DNA of 64,000 nt, taken from positions 65,102,001-65,166,000 of the forward strand of contig NC_045697.1 in the NCBI RefSeq assembly GCF_009834535.1. The letters are read 5' to 3'. Positions within the stretch are counted from its first letter, which is position 1, and every line of letters starts with the position of its first letter. Under the pieces are notes generated by a model. The model did no database searches and was not told the origin of the DNA. It saw nothing but the letters and a program-made list of their open reading frames with translations. The stretch comes from Camelus ferus (lineage: Eukaryota). Positions 26,091 through 40,029 of the stretch are shown piece by piece. The position numbers and the translations under genes are program-made.

Positions 26091-26394
26091 AGGGACTTAT
26101 TTCCATTCTTACCTATTGCTTTTACTCTGCTGTTTTCTCTAATTATCCAGTTTCAAGATTGCCAGTGGTCTTGGCTTAAAGAACACCCCTACCCCTGCCC
26201 ATGGATCATCTTATTTCCCTAGCAGGGATAAAATAAATTATTGGTGCTCTTATTATAGGACCACCATTCAAAAGAAGCATCTAGAGCCCATTTTTAAAAA
26301 CAAGGGAATGATTTAGAAAGGAAACAACCCACCATTATACCCCTAAAATGTTAATCATTGTGCTTCTTTCTAAATCACACGAATTACTTTTTAC

Positions 26395-26703
26395 CTGTGT
26401 CCATCATGATAGCTGCTAGCCACATGTAGCTATAGAGCATTTGAAATGTGGCCATTACAAATTGTGATGTGCCCAAAGTATAAAATACATCAGATTTGAA
26501 TAGTATTAACAAAAGAATGTAAAACATCTCATTATCAGTGGTATATTGATTATATGGCTGAAATGATAACCTTTTAGATATATTTATTCTAATAAAACAA
26601 ATTACTAAAATTACTTGCATCTTTGAAAAATATAGTTTAAATGGATATTAGAAAATGTTAAATAATATATGTGGTTCCCATTATATTTCCTTGGACAGTG
26701 TTG
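26395..26703. mobile_element. MER33/MER3-like hAT-Charlie non-autonomous DNA transposon
   Basis: gtccatcatgatagctgctagccacatgtagctatagagcatttgaaatgtggc...atatttccttggacagtg. Confidence 0.8.
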
Positions 26704-26759
26704 TTCTATACTTAATGATACACAAAGCAAAGACCCTAGACCACGGCAAAGATATCACC

Positions 26760-26876
26760 AAGTATATTGTTAGACATGCAGAATCCCAGGCCCTTTCCAG
26801 ACCTGTGAATCAAAATCTGCTTTTTAACAAGATCCCCAGGTAATTTGTATGCATACTGAAGTTTGAAAAATGCTGC
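26760..26876. mobile_element. MER5A-like hAT-Charlie fragment
   Basis: tgcagaatcccaggccctttccagacct...tttttaacaagatccccaggtaatttgtatgcatactgaagtttgaaaa. Confidence 0.85.
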
Positions 26877-28259
26877 TGTATATCTTGTTGCTGTGTGCAA
26901 AGAGCGAAGTGTGACTGTGCCATTGAGTAATGACATGTCCAACCTCATTTCCTATGTAATTCAGACTGAAATTCAAAAACTGCAAATCCCACAATGATGC
27001 ACAGAAAGGTTAATATCAAGTGTGAACCCAGCTTGCAAACCATAGTTCTGCATTTTCCACTACAAGGGTTCATGTACCATACTTTGAAATTAGTGCAAGC
27101 ACAAGCCAGCTCACATTGCTTCTGCATTTTGTTACCTAGAGAGATTTGCATTTAGCAAATTTAGCTCAGCTGGTACTTGTAAGAAGCCATTGCCAGAATG
27201 CCTACAAAATTTAGTCCCATATACAATACTTAGAGTGGTCAGCAGGAATGCTAGCAGGCAGCATCCTGTTTCTGGATTTAATCTGCTTTATCACAACAGT
27301 GTAATTTAAAAGAGCTTTGTCTCAGCAGTAATCTGTATTTGTTTGTTGAGGTTGTGATTTTCTTAGCTTATGTGTTACTTCCATACTAATTTTTACCTTA
27401 AATATATTATGTTGACCTTGATAAAAATATGATTTTCTGAGCATGTTAATTACAATACTTTTGTGATAACATCTAGAACCCAATTTTTTTTGACTATTTC
27501 ATTTTTACGTTTTATTTAACATTTTTTGTAGGCTCTTGATATATTTAGATAGGGCTGGAGAAAATAGTAACTATAAAAATTTTAAATGGTATGTGCACAT
27601 ACTTATGTCAACTAAGTATTTGCACTTAGTAGGGGTTCAGAAAGTCTTTAATAAATAGTTTTAAATTATATATAGTTAATTGGTACAATACTGTTGCTCT
27701 AGAAAAGCACTGAAGGTAATTTTTATTATTATAGAGATCATGTTTTTTCGCTTTAAAATCATGCAGTGCTTAGGCAACAGAAGGAACATTTAGACACCTT
27801 CCTCTTTCCAGTTGAATTATATTGAAAAAAATGAAAAAAAATTAAACTCCTATAATATGCACCAACTATGTATTTGTTGTCATGTAGGAGAGATTTGCAT
27901 TATCAAACAGCCTCTTTAGGAGTCAGAACTAGTTTTTACAAGTGAGATTTTTTTTATTTGCTTTGTTTTTCCTAATACCACGAATGTGCAAAACAACTTC
28001 AAACTCCTAGAAAAATAAAATGTTACTCTTCATACATATTATATCAATGGTATAAGCACTGAAAGTATCAGAATTATGTGCGATTAGAAAAGAGTTAATT
28101 ATTTCGAACATAATATAAATTTAATCAAAGCATTATTAAAGAATGGCAAATAATTGAAATATGTAGTCAGTTATCCCGAAATATGTAGGTAGTTATCCAG
28201 TATGTATTATTTGCTTTAAACAAGCAAGACACTGTTCCCACCTGTTTCACTTACTTTTC

Positions 28260-28390
28260 ACAATGTCTCCAAGATAAGTATCTTTATCTCTATGTTAAAG
28301 CTGAATTTCAGAGAGGTCAAGTAAATTACTCAGGTGTAATTAAAACAAAATGTACTTCCTGCCTGTCTGATTCTAAGATTTACCATTACC
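28260..28390 (-). mobile_element. MIR fragment
   Basis: aagctgaatttcagagaggtcaagtaaattactcagg...tgtctgattctaag. Confidence 0.55.
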
Positions 28391-31300
28391 ATTACCAATG
28401 TCTCAATGATATTCAAAACTCAATTATTTCTTTAGTTTTAGCATCATTTTCTTAATCCTTCAGGTGAGCAATTATAAATTAGCAAGGGTTTTTTGGTCGT
28501 TTTGTCTGAGCATGTGTGTATGTACATGGCCTAAGTTACTGACAATACCAATGGTATAATAATCATTTAGTCCATTTTTCATAAAATGAAAGTTACAGCC
28601 CAAGTCATTGATGAAGACACCTTGTAATCTCATAACCACTGAGTCTCACATAAATCCAAGTTAGTATCTATGTATCATTGATAATTATTTCATTGTAACA
28701 CTAGGGTCCATTGTGTATTTGAGTAATTCTTGGAATTTTTATTAGATGTAGTCTGTTTATATGTATAGAAAGAATCAATAGTTCAGAAGTTTTAATCAAG
28801 GGCAGAAAGATTAAGTCTACAACTAACCCTCATTGCCAAGACCTTTCCGTGTTTTATCTTTATGGATTAAAAATATCTCAGTGTCTGCATCAGCAACAAA
28901 TAATATAAAGTGAGCTGAAGCTAGATTTACAGGAATAATTACTGTTGCTTTTGGTATATAAATGCATATGATGATTGCCAAGAGTTCTGGAGAGTCATGG
29001 TCTTAATAATTCAGGAAACTCTTGGGAATATATTCTCTAAAAACACAGATAATCAATATAATGTATTGACTAATAATAAAATGAATTTTTTTAATTATTC
29101 ACACTTTAAACCTTTGTTTAACTGTGAAAACTCACATCTATGCAGATCAGCAACTGTAAATGGTTTGAATTTTGCAGTGTGGAAGTAAAGATTGCTGTCT
29201 TTGCCTAGCTCAGACAATGCTGATGTTGGGAAAGTTTAGTTTATTTCAGTTTTCACAAAAAAAGTATCCTCAGAATGTAAAGTACTGTTAAAAAAGGTGA
29301 CATAGGAATCAACACCTCTCTGTGATAAGTAGGAGTCTCATTTTTACTCTCCTGTCATTCCTTCCCTCTGTTGGATGTGATAATGAACTGTGAAATGGTC
29401 AAAATGAGGGGGAGAAAAAAGGATGTGGCTAATTCCCAAACTAGATGGTCTCAAGTTCTGGTTCTCCACAGTAACATCAGCTGTTAACATTAGTGATAAA
29501 CGTCTGATATTGCAAAGTGTATACTACTCCCAGTTCTATAAATGTAGTAGTATGAAGATTATGTATCAATCTCTTATAACGATTTAGATTGAAAAAGTTG
29601 AGGTGAGCTCAAATTAATCTATGAGTATTTAATTTTAACAGTTACCATATTATGTGAGTGATTGAAAAATTATGTGAACTCAGTTGAATAACCTAAGGAC
29701 TAAAAGCATCAAAATCATTCTTGACCTTCCCATTTCATTAACATCCACATCTGATGTGTTCCCAAATCCAGGTTCTTCTGCTCTCCTCTTGTCATTCTCA
29801 TCCTCAGTGCCTTATTTCAGTTTGTTATCATCTGTCACTTGAATTTTTACAATAGTCTTCTGCCTGCTTTTACATTTTCTTTATTCATTCAGTTCTGCAT
29901 ATTGCCTCCATAATCATTCGGATTACCTTTATTTAAAATTTGCTATAGTATAATTCTTTGGCTAACATGTTGCATAGAGAAATAAAGTAATAATAGGTGT
30001 TAAGGAGAGCCATATATCAAGGCTACAGATAATCTCAGACTTTCAATTTAACAAAGACTCATTAAGACTCTCTAGTAAGACTCATTAATCTTCTAGGGAT
30101 GCAAAAGGTTAAAGTGTACATCTTCTTCTGAACACCTCAAAACAGAGAAGAAGCAAGTATTCTAAGTTGCAGGAAATGGACGCTCTGGGTCAGCCTGCTT
30201 CATCTCTGGGAATGGGAAGCAAAACATCTCAGAGATAGGAAGGGAAATCTCCCAACAGTGGAAAGTAAAGGTGGTTTCAAGTTTTATCCAGGAGTCCATG
30301 GAGTGGAGTATATGAATTTAATTAAGTGATTCATTTAGCATGCAAAATAGAGCCATGTTGACATGGATACTTTGATGTGATAAAGGAAATTCAAAGTAGT
30401 ACTCCACTTAGTTTTGATTTTGTAAAGGTAGCCTCATGATGCATTTACATTATTTGGTATGTTTTATTAATATTTTTGTATTGAGAATCATCAAAAAGCT
30501 TTTTATGAATATATAGTACATGATTGCTTATGAAGATTTCTCATTTTCTAATCAAATATAGTCTTGCAAGCAAGAAGGGATGATTTAATCCAAAAAGGGG
30601 GAAAATTATCTTCTTTATCATTTTATATGATCTTCTTGATCTGCATTCATCCTTTTACTCTCCTTCTCTTTTTTTCCTGAAAGTATAACCCATGACTGGA
30701 AAGAGATTTACTTGTCTTATTTTTATTTTTAAGGTTAATAAAAGCAATGTTTCTTGAAGACTTTTTTCCACCAGTGGGTTAACATATAACTCTTTTTAGT
30801 ATCCAAAGCTGAACTGCAACATTCCAACATAATTTGATAAAATACTCCACTCGTGAGTGAGTCAGATGTTGTCAGTCAACCATGTCATATTTACAGAGTT
30901 TGAACTTCCTATAGAAATTAGACATCAGTTACAGAAGTTGACTGAAATATTATCATAGATTATTTTTGTGACAGTTTCTACATCTGAAAAGGAAAGCATC
31001 CATAATGTGTTTTCATCAAAGCAGCTCAAATCACAATCTGCTTAATCCTTACATTTTCATGCAGATAATTTATGAGCAGCTTTCAAAGAGTGAGAGAAAA
31101 GTAAAGATGTAGCACAGCCAAGGCATGCATTGATGAAGCAGGTAAATTGATTTTTATATTTGCTTGGAGACATGGATCACTTTCCTGAATCTGGTTTGCA
31201 TTGATCAGTGTTGATGGACTATGGATTAAATGTCATATATAAGCCCCAATTTTCAAATCTGTTATCCTCACAGGAAAAGTATCTGAAGAGGAAAAGATTA

Positions 31301-32339
31301 TATTTATAATCCATGCCAATATCAAGATGAAATTTGACACACCCAAAAGTAAGAGACCCTAGGGAAAATACTATTTATATTAATAAGAAAGAAAATACTT
31401 TCAGTGGAGAGTCTCATAAAGGTCTATTTGGGGTATTAATTCAGCAAATAAGTCAAGATATTAAGGAGCTACACAAATATACTTACATATATATATCCTT
31501 AATTTATATATGTGTGTGGTGTACTTTATGCCTGTCTTTCTGGGTACTGAGATAAGCAATTAACCAGATAGAGATCTGTACACTCAAGTAATAATTATTA
31601 ATTGTGCTATGGTGGCTGAAAAACAATGTACTAGAGGAACAGTATGAATTTCCAGTGATTCAGAAAGGAAACAAGCACATATGAGAGAAATGGATGGATA
31701 ACACTGTTTATATGTATATATTTGGCTTATTGTGAAGTGTAAATTATCACACTAAATTTTGGTTCATTATGAAAAAAACTCACAACACCTGCATTGAATG
31801 GAAAGAGACCTTATCAATCATAATTGAAGTTTCTTATTTTGCATGAAAAAACAAACTCAAAGAGGTTATATTCCTTGCCCAAAGTCACATGTTGAGTTAT
31901 TGAAAGATAACTCCAGTCTACTCCACTGCAGGTCATTATTCTTCAAATCCAGTTTTGATTTCTGTTTCTCTTATCATTAACATAAGCAGAACTCTAATGG
32001 AAAAGCCTTTCTACTCCTTTTTTACTGTGTCCTTCTAGTACAGAGACTAATTGGCCAGTATGAGTTTCAAGAGGGAACAAGACTTGATTCATTTCTACTT
32101 AATTCATCTATGTAGACATTAAACAGAAGAATATTTCAATGTTAAGAAGTTGTAACTGAAATGAATGTAGAAGAAAGTAGAAAAATAAAGTATTATCATT
32201 AGCATACACCACTGTATAATAATTGTTGCAGGTTAAGAGCTCCTAATGGATGCTGACATTATTGCACCACCTTTGAGAAGAATCAGGATAGCAAGATAGC
32301 AGCAGAGCCTCAAATTATCCGCCCTCTCCAGATATTTAT

Positions 32340-33085
32340 CATGTGGAAAGGGAGACTAATAATGTCACAGTGGAAAAACCTGAGAAACAGGTGGTCCAGG
32401 TTAATACCATCAGTAATAAAACATATTGATATTATATACCCTTGAGAACACAATATCACTTTTGTGGTATTTTCTTGTCAAATCCACGTCATCTCAATCT
32501 AATTGTGAGAAGCTAAAATTGAAATAGATTCAGTGACCACTACTTATAAACTGTCAAGATCATGAAAAGAAAGAGGAATCTGAGGAATTGTCACAGATTA
32601 GAGGATACTAAGGAAATCCAAAACAAAGTGTAATGTGGGATCCTGGATTGGATGTCAGAACAGGAATAGGGTGTTTGGTAAAAAATAAGTGAAATTCAAA
32701 TAAAATCTGTACTTTAGCTAATAACAGTAGTGTGCTGGGGCTGGCTTGAGCCAGCTGGCTTGAGCTGATTTTGTGCAACTTCATGCTTAGTAAAGTTGTA
32801 TTGGTAGGAAATTTGGCCATGGTGGAAGAGAGAACACAAGGAAATTGGCAAATGCGGCATATCAGGGCTTCCACTTCTCATCCCTTGAAAACTGCTTTAA
32901 CAGTGTTGTGCCAGTGTTAATTTCCTGATTTCCATAGTGATTTCCATATTCCCATAACATATGTATGTGCTAAGATTATATGAGTTAACATTAAGGGGAG
33001 TTGAATGAGGATTATATGTGAATTCTCTGTACTATATCTGGAATTTTTCTGTGCCTAACATTATTTCAAAATAAAAACTTTAAAA
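32340..33085 (+). mobile_element. Old L1 (L1MC/L1ME-like) 3' UTR, interrupted by MER63
   Basis: aatgtgggatcctggattggat, gtgaaattcaaataaaatctgt, ttctctgtactat, attatttcaaaataaaaa. Confidence 0.8.
32725..32899 (+). mobile_element. MER63-like hAT DNA transposon nested in the L1
   Basis: cagtagtgtgctggggctggc, ggccatggtgg, gaaattggcaaatgc...atcagggctt. Confidence 0.7.
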
Positions 33086-34209
33086 GAAAATAATAGAGCA
33101 GAGCTAAATACCATGAATACTTTATAAAAGTAAAATAATCTGCATGTCTAAAATCCTTATAGATAAGATAGAAATACAAAGATAGAGTCCCTGTCTTCAA
33201 GGATTCACTGTTTAATATAGTTTAAAGTTTATAGAAAATTTGGGGGACTTGGTGAATTGACAGAAAGTTTGAGTGGTATAGGGTTCTTTTTTTCTTTACT
33301 TCCTTTTCTTTTTCTTTCTTTTTTTTTTTTTTGGGTGGGGGGGTCGTGAATTTAGCCCTAGAACCTGAGATCTTCCAGCTGTTAGTCAGAAAATAATGTA
33401 TGCCCTTGATCAAAGTTTACCTAAGTAAAGCTTCAAAATAAACTCTACAAAGAATGAAGACTTTGCAAAGATATTTTCATGTCTATTTAGAATTGATTTA
33501 TTTAACAGTAATCACTGTGTGCCAGCTTTCTTGGTTCTAAACGGAGAGTAGTATTATATTAGTTTTATAAATAAGGAATCTGAATCTCTAAGATACTATG
33601 ATTTGTTCAAGTTTTTTCGTAATAGGAAATGACCTAAGGCTTGAAATTTCTCATTATTAGAAAAGGCATAGCCAGTGTTAATAGTCATAGCACAAGACCT
33701 GGGGATAACTCTGCATATAGTGTCTTCACTGAGAAATTATAGTCTAGTCTTTATTATGTGCACTCAGTGAAACTGCCACAACACAGGTTCTCATCACTCC
33801 ACAACTGTTGTTAATAATAAATCCTATTGCTATTTTGCATATGTGTATATATAACATATATGTGTATATGTATGTGTATACATGTTTATTAATTATTGCA
33901 TTTAGACTTCACTATGAATGTTTTTTCCAAAAATTAAGACAAAAATATACTTCTAGAACTTGGAGAATTCCAATTCCCTTTCATTGAAACTTAAAATCCA
34001 AATACTCTGAAGTACTGAGAAAGATTGTTGTAAGAGAAGGCAATATTTATTTTATATCTGCTTATGTCACATAAACCTTATGATTTGTGCTTTGTCATGT
34101 GATGATTAAGATTCTTCTGTGATTGACATTTGTTCTGGAGTGCATATTGTGTTACAGACTTAAAATTTTACATTAATTGGCAAATCAATTCATTTATTCA
34201 GTAATTATT

Positions 34210-34764
34210 TGTATTGGTTATCCATGGCTGTGTAACATGTTACTGCAAAAAGCAGCCACTTAAAACAACATTTATTCTCTCACAGTTTTTGTGGGTCAGG
34301 TATCAAGAGGGGCTTAACTGGGTGCCTCTGGCTCTGGGTTTGTTACAAAGTTACAATCCAAGGTGTCAGTGAGGGTTACAGTCATCCCAAGGCTCCACTG
34401 GGAAAGGATATACTTCCAAGTTCACTCCAGTGGTTGTGGACAGGTTTGTTTCCTCATAGACTGTTGAACTAAAAGCTTCAGGTCTTGCTGACTGGTGGCT
34501 AAGGTCCAATAAGGGCCTCTCCATGGGGCAGTTTACAGAATAGCAACTGGATTCCATCAGAGCTAGCAAGTGAGACAGCAAGAAAGAGCAAGCAAGACAG
34601 GAGCCAGAGTCTTCTATAACCTAATCTCAGAAGTGGCAGCCTGTTACTTCTGCTATATTCCATTTATTAGAAGCAAGTCACTGGATCCAGCCCTCACTTG
34701 AGGAGAGGGCATTACACAAACAGAAACCAGGATCATTGGGAGTCATCTTGATGTTGCCTATCAT
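34210..34764 (-). mobile_element. MLT1F-like MaLR solo LTR inserted into an L2 tail
   Basis: tgtattggttatccatggctgtgtaaca, ctcacagtttttgtgggtcagg, ttattagaagcaagtcact, ggatcattgggagtcatctt. L2-like attcatttattca lies on the left flank. Confidence 0.88.
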
Positions 34765-36469
34765 AGCATTTATTAAGCTGGATAATCCAATTTATAGACA
34801 ACACCAGAAATAAAAATAATTGTTTTAGGTAATGGCTTAGGTCATCATCTCTATTTCAGAGGTACTCAAAATCTGTGGGAGGTATAAAAAAGTAAAATGA
34901 CAAATTGTAGCCATAATGTGATAAGCAGTATAGTGGTGAAACGCCCTAAAGGTCACAAGGAACACATAAGGCATTCACTCTATTTGGGAATTATAAGGAT
35001 ATTTATAGAGAAAAAGTGTAACTGATTTATATAGAGGAAGTCTCACAGTTAACATCTGACTATTATGCATTTACTCTTGAATAATAACATTATTAAATAT
35101 AGCATTTGTCTCTACTTCAATTTATAAACAATTAGCTTAAAGTGTATTTAATATTCCCATTGCTATTTTACATGTTTGTTTATATGTGTGTATATATACA
35201 TATTATGTATGGATAAATGTATATATTCATGTATGTATATACATATGTGTGTACATACATATAAAGTATCATACAAAAGAGAATGAGAAGGACATGAGGA
35301 CAATGCAGGCTGTATGAATCCTATTGTGACTCCTTCACTGTAATAGCCTAATATATAAATTAGACTTTCTCAAGGATTTCAAATTCTGATTAAAAAAAAG
35401 ATCTGACGGATGTTAAACTGTGGAAGTTAATGTACAGCTGATATTTAATTTTTTAAATAATTATCAACACAGCTGTTCTGGTCTGAAATTTTGATCTCAG
35501 GTCAGAGCTAATTTTAATAAAAGGTGACCATTTTATGATCCCCAAATAATTTATACACCAATGCCAGCATCTGCTGCACCAGAGTACCATAATATTAACC
35601 TGATAAATTTTGAGCCAGAGTCTCACACAATTCATCATAATTTATTTTGGTGACATGTACTTACGACTTGCAGGTGCTACATTCTGTACTGAATAACGTT
35701 TTTTTCAGTTGATCTAAGACAAAATGAACATCCTATGTATTTTATTCAATTTATAGTAAAGAAATGTAGAACATACAAACATGTTTCATAATTACATGAG
35801 AGTTTATGAAAAAGTCACTTTATTAAGAAATAGGCATCAGGAACCTAAAATAGAAAAACCTAGATGAGAGAAATGTACTGAAATCTCCCTGTAAAGAGAG
35901 AATGTAGCACTTGTTTGGCTTTAGAAAATACTTTCACAATAGCCAACCAAAATAGACATTTGACATTTGATAGGAAGCACTTGGAGTGGAAATGGGCTAA
36001 GTAATTACTTTTATCTTCTCAAAAGTAACCTTCTTAATGATGTATAGCAAAGATATTTAAATCCAAAATAGTAGAAATGATCTTAGAAAACTTACTGTCA
36101 TATTATCAGTGAGTTGGAAATAGCAAATCTCAAGTATGAATATATTCACATTGCAATGATTACATTCCTGATCATAATAATTTGAAATAACAAAAGAAAA
36201 ATAAAATAAATGAAGACCAACTGTAGGACAGACTCAGAGTGTGTGTAAACATCTGTGACTTAATTGAAAGAACAGTAGAATGACAGCCCTAGAAATAGGT
36301 TTGGTTATGAATACTAGAAATATATAAACATGGTTTTCATTGCTTTCCATAAAAGTGAAAAAATAAGACAGAGCAACAGTTCTCAAAAGACGAGTCTAAA
36401 TACATTTCAGTTCAAATTATTTCAGCACAAATTAAGTAATACTGTAATAAATGACTATTATGAAGAAAA

Positions 36470-36700
36470 AGGTAATGATGACAGTGATAACCATATTGAT
36501 TATCTATTCTGTGCCAGGAATTATGCTGAATATTTTATATATTTTTGCTATTAATGATAACAACTTTGAAATTTAAGTATGTATTGTCTTATTTTTTGTA
36601 GTTTGAAAATACATGAGACTCATAAATATTAAGGAATTAGACCAAGTCACACAGAGTGGAAGTGAAACCCCAGCTGTCTAAATTTAAAACTTAGACTCTT
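36470..36700 (-). mobile_element. MIR SINE
   Basis: ctattctgtgccaggaattatgct...ccaagtcacacag...aaccccagctgtct. Confidence 0.65.
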
Positions 36701-37435
36701 TCAATGCTCTTAGAATCATAGTTTGTAATAGTAATGACTGTATTTAAAGAGATAAGAAAATTTTTTACAGAAATACAGACTTTCAGAACTGTCTAGTAAA
36801 AAAAACAGTCAAAACTTTACTGTATTCTGCATTTGTGAATCTTAGACAAACCCATACAGTAAGCTATCAAACTGACAATAAGTATGAAATCAAGAACTGG
36901 AATAAATATGGTGTAATTTAGATACCATTAACTTACGGAACCACACCATGGAAATTAAGAGAATCATCTCCATGCAAATAATTAATGCTGTTTAACTACC
37001 CAAAGGGTAAACAGAATAAAGATCTAATTGCTCAGGTTGGCTTTATTTATGAGCAGTAAACAAAATTAAAGAATGTACTAAGTGTAGGGTAGACAACAAT
37101 TATAAAATAGAGGAAATGCTTTTCTTAGACTTGCTACACATTTGTGGGTCTGAGATTCTTAAAAGGGAATTTAGAGCTTGCCGAAGGTTGTAGATAATTT
37201 ATAAATAAAAACTTAATTTAAAACAACTGAAACGTATTAGGAAAATGGGAGATACACCTGCAAGTAATTTAGATCCGAGTACAAATACCCAAAAGTTAGA
37301 AATTAAACCTAAATGACATTTTAAATCTCATTCCTAAAAACAAAACAAAACAAACAACTTTGTATGAGAGGATAAGCAGACTGTTATATTTTGGGGAGTC
37401 TTTCTAAAATTGTAGAAATGATACTTTCCAATATT

Positions 37436-37564
37436 CTATGTCGAAACCTTCTTGAAGGGAATAGGAGGCACGTTGACAATGGTGAGTGGTACTGTTTCCT
37501 TCCCTGCATATTTACGGGGATAAGGAGGAGTCTGCTGAGATGCCCAACTACGATGACTTCTTTC
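37436..37564 (-). CDS. Candidate terminal coding exon of an unnamed small gene: ERSHRSWASQQTPPYPRKYAGKETVPLTIVNVPPIPFKKVST*
   Basis: Minus-strand acceptor ...gttttgtgcag|GAA, open phase-0 frame to TAG, non-repetitive and GC-elevated with 4 CpGs in about 115 bp. Minus-strand AATAAA at 37042-37047. No homolog recognised. Confidence 0.35.
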   Translation of the reverse strand, partial: ERSHRSWASQQTPPYPRKYAGKETVPLTIVNVPPIPFKKVST

Positions 37565-38955
37565 CTGCACAAAACTATATCAGGTAGAAGGAAATAACCC
37601 AACATAAAGAACTATATTAACTGTCAGACCAAGTATCTTTGCATTTTCATAATTTGTCAAAGATGAGCCTCTCTCCTAAAGTAAATACGGAACTTTTCTG
37701 AATAATTTTTGTGAGTGGTACATCTGTTAATTACAAAATGATTCAGGACATTCCAAGGACACCTCCGAGAGTGGGTAGAAACTATTGCTTCATGACATAT
37801 TCAGATTCTTTTGCCACACTTTCTCATCATTTCTAGATGCACAAATAATACATTAGTCCTACTATGGCCACGTGGGTCCCAAATATGTTGAGTTACTGTA
37901 TGTAACAACTAAACACTGATGGTATTTTTTATGGTTTAATGATACTGGATTTTATTTTACTTCCATTGTGGTATTATACTCATGAAATGAAATCTGTCTC
38001 TTTTTTTCTCATTTTCAGTATCACATTTTGCAATTATATTTTGTGATTTCTGTATAATGAGGAGTAATTAATGCACATGAGTGAAACTCATCTTTATAGT
38101 CAGAATTTATATTTAAGCTTGGATCATATATGCTTACTCATCATGACTGCTTCTGATTTTATCTGCAAAATAATGATTTTTGTGATCCAGTGAGCAATAA
38201 ATGCTTTCTACCTCTCTCCTATATTTACCAGTAGGTAATAATGAAATGTCACAGACTCGATCATTAAACTTATATTTGAGTCCCTTTCAAAATGTGTCAC
38301 CTTTCCTGCAGCTGTGTGCCTTTTCTCTTCTTTGTTGTGTCTCATAAATTTTTATGACTTTTTTGCTTTGGAAATCTGTAATTTTTCCCAGAGCTTCACT
38401 AGGTACCTTCTAGCAGTAATAAAACTCTTGTCATTTTCCATTGCACCTAATTTTAGAGTAAGGCCTACTGGCTTCACTCTGCAGCATAGTAGATAAAATA
38501 ATCAATATGCTCAGGTTGAAAAATTAAATGCAGCATTTACATAGCCACTGAGTTATAGCACTTGGAGCTTGGAACAGATGGCTTTTTAAGAGATTTGCTA
38601 GATTTTTTGAGAATGGGTGGATTTTTCTCCCATCTTTTTGTACCTTTGTATTTACTCAATTTTGCATCTAAAAAAAAAATTATTTTATACCATTACAATT
38701 GGTATAAAATAATTCAAATAATTTCCTAGAAGTGCAGTTACCTTTTGAGTAAATTCTGATTTTTTAATCTTACAGTTGTGACCTTTATATGCATGCTCAT
38801 CCCTACTTACCTCTGGTTCTTAGTCTTACAAACTTACAGAGCTGTTGTAAGATTCTATTGCAAAACTACATTGACTATTGAGAATGCAGTGCATTTTTAA
38901 TATTATGAAGTGATGTCCATGTCCTTTTTTCTTACCCAGGATAAATTAAACTTAC

Positions 38956-39003
38956 CATTGAACCCCATCTCTGACCCCGTTTCTCCTGCAGCCTGATGCT
39001 TTT
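38956..39003 (-). other. Candidate 48-nt internal exon (phase 0: KSIRLQEKRGQRWGSM)
   Basis: Minus strand tatttttctcatactag|AAAAGC...TCAATG|gtaagt. Purine-rich and open in all three frames. Confidence 0.5.
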
Positions 39004-39204
39004 CTAGTATGAGAAAAATACTGTTCAAATATCCCATTTCAATTTGAATAATGCATAGTCATGATAATGTACTTTTATATAGGCAATTTGGGAAAGGATT
39101 AGACATTTCAGAAAATGATTGCCTCATTGCTTCCTCATGAGTTTCAGCTCAGTGATTATTCTGAAAAATTTTGACAGCTGCAATGACCATAGAACATGGG
39201 ATTA

Positions 39205-39295
39205 ATTCATTTATTTAACAGATATTTGTTGATCATCTACTACAGGTTAGGTAGACATTGTGCTGGATCCTAGATATAAAGTAGTTTGTAAGACA
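39205..39295 (-). mobile_element. L2 3' end
   Basis: attcatttatttaacagatatttgttgatcatctacta...cattgtgctgg. Confidence 0.7.
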
Positions 39296-40029
39296 TGCAA
39301 CAATGTGCAATCTTATTTTTGTTGTGATTTGAATATGCTGTGATTTAAATGTATGTTTTCTTGTTTCAAAAGCAAGATATACTTCCAATTTTCCCAAGAT
39401 AACCCTATTAAGAAGCTTTTAAGTTGTAAAGATCACAAGGTTTAACTGATTTGATTGTCCAATCAACATGTAACTTCAGGGGCTGGTAAAAGGAAACCTC
39501 TGTTCTTCTCCCAAATGTCTGAGGACACAATGAGGATAGTTAAAGATACATCCTTTGCAGTTTAAAGGCTATGGAAAACAATCCAGAATTGCATTTAAAA
39601 TATGGAAGTCAGAGTAGATGCACAAAGAGAAGGAGAAGAAAGCAAACTGGAATCTGGTCAGTAATGAATCACAAAAGAAAATGTAGCTAAGATAAATAGA
39701 TTTTTGATCTTAAATCCGTTTTGCTTCATAAAATCAGTGACATTATTAGATAATAACAACTGAGAAGAATGAAAGTTACATTTCATACTTTAACTAATTA
39801 TTTGTAGTTCTTATATTTTATTGGAAATGTCATCTTTCATCTGATCTTCAAAAAATGTAACGTATGGGAGTGGGACCCACAATTGTTTAGTAACTCAAGT
39901 TAATTAAAGTCTGTGTTGTAAAGCCAAATGGCACACAGGCTTTCACATTGGTGCCAACAAAGCCATTTTGATGTATCCCCTGGATGCAGCCAAGTTCTGA
40001 GGTGAGAATCCACTGCATGGGCTGTGGCA

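Noticed and set aside
37416..37481. Plus-strand 66-nt exon (tgtag|...ATG|gtgagt)
   Set aside because: The donor is good but the pyrimidine tract is poor, and the minus-strand interpretation explains the region better. Not fully excluded.
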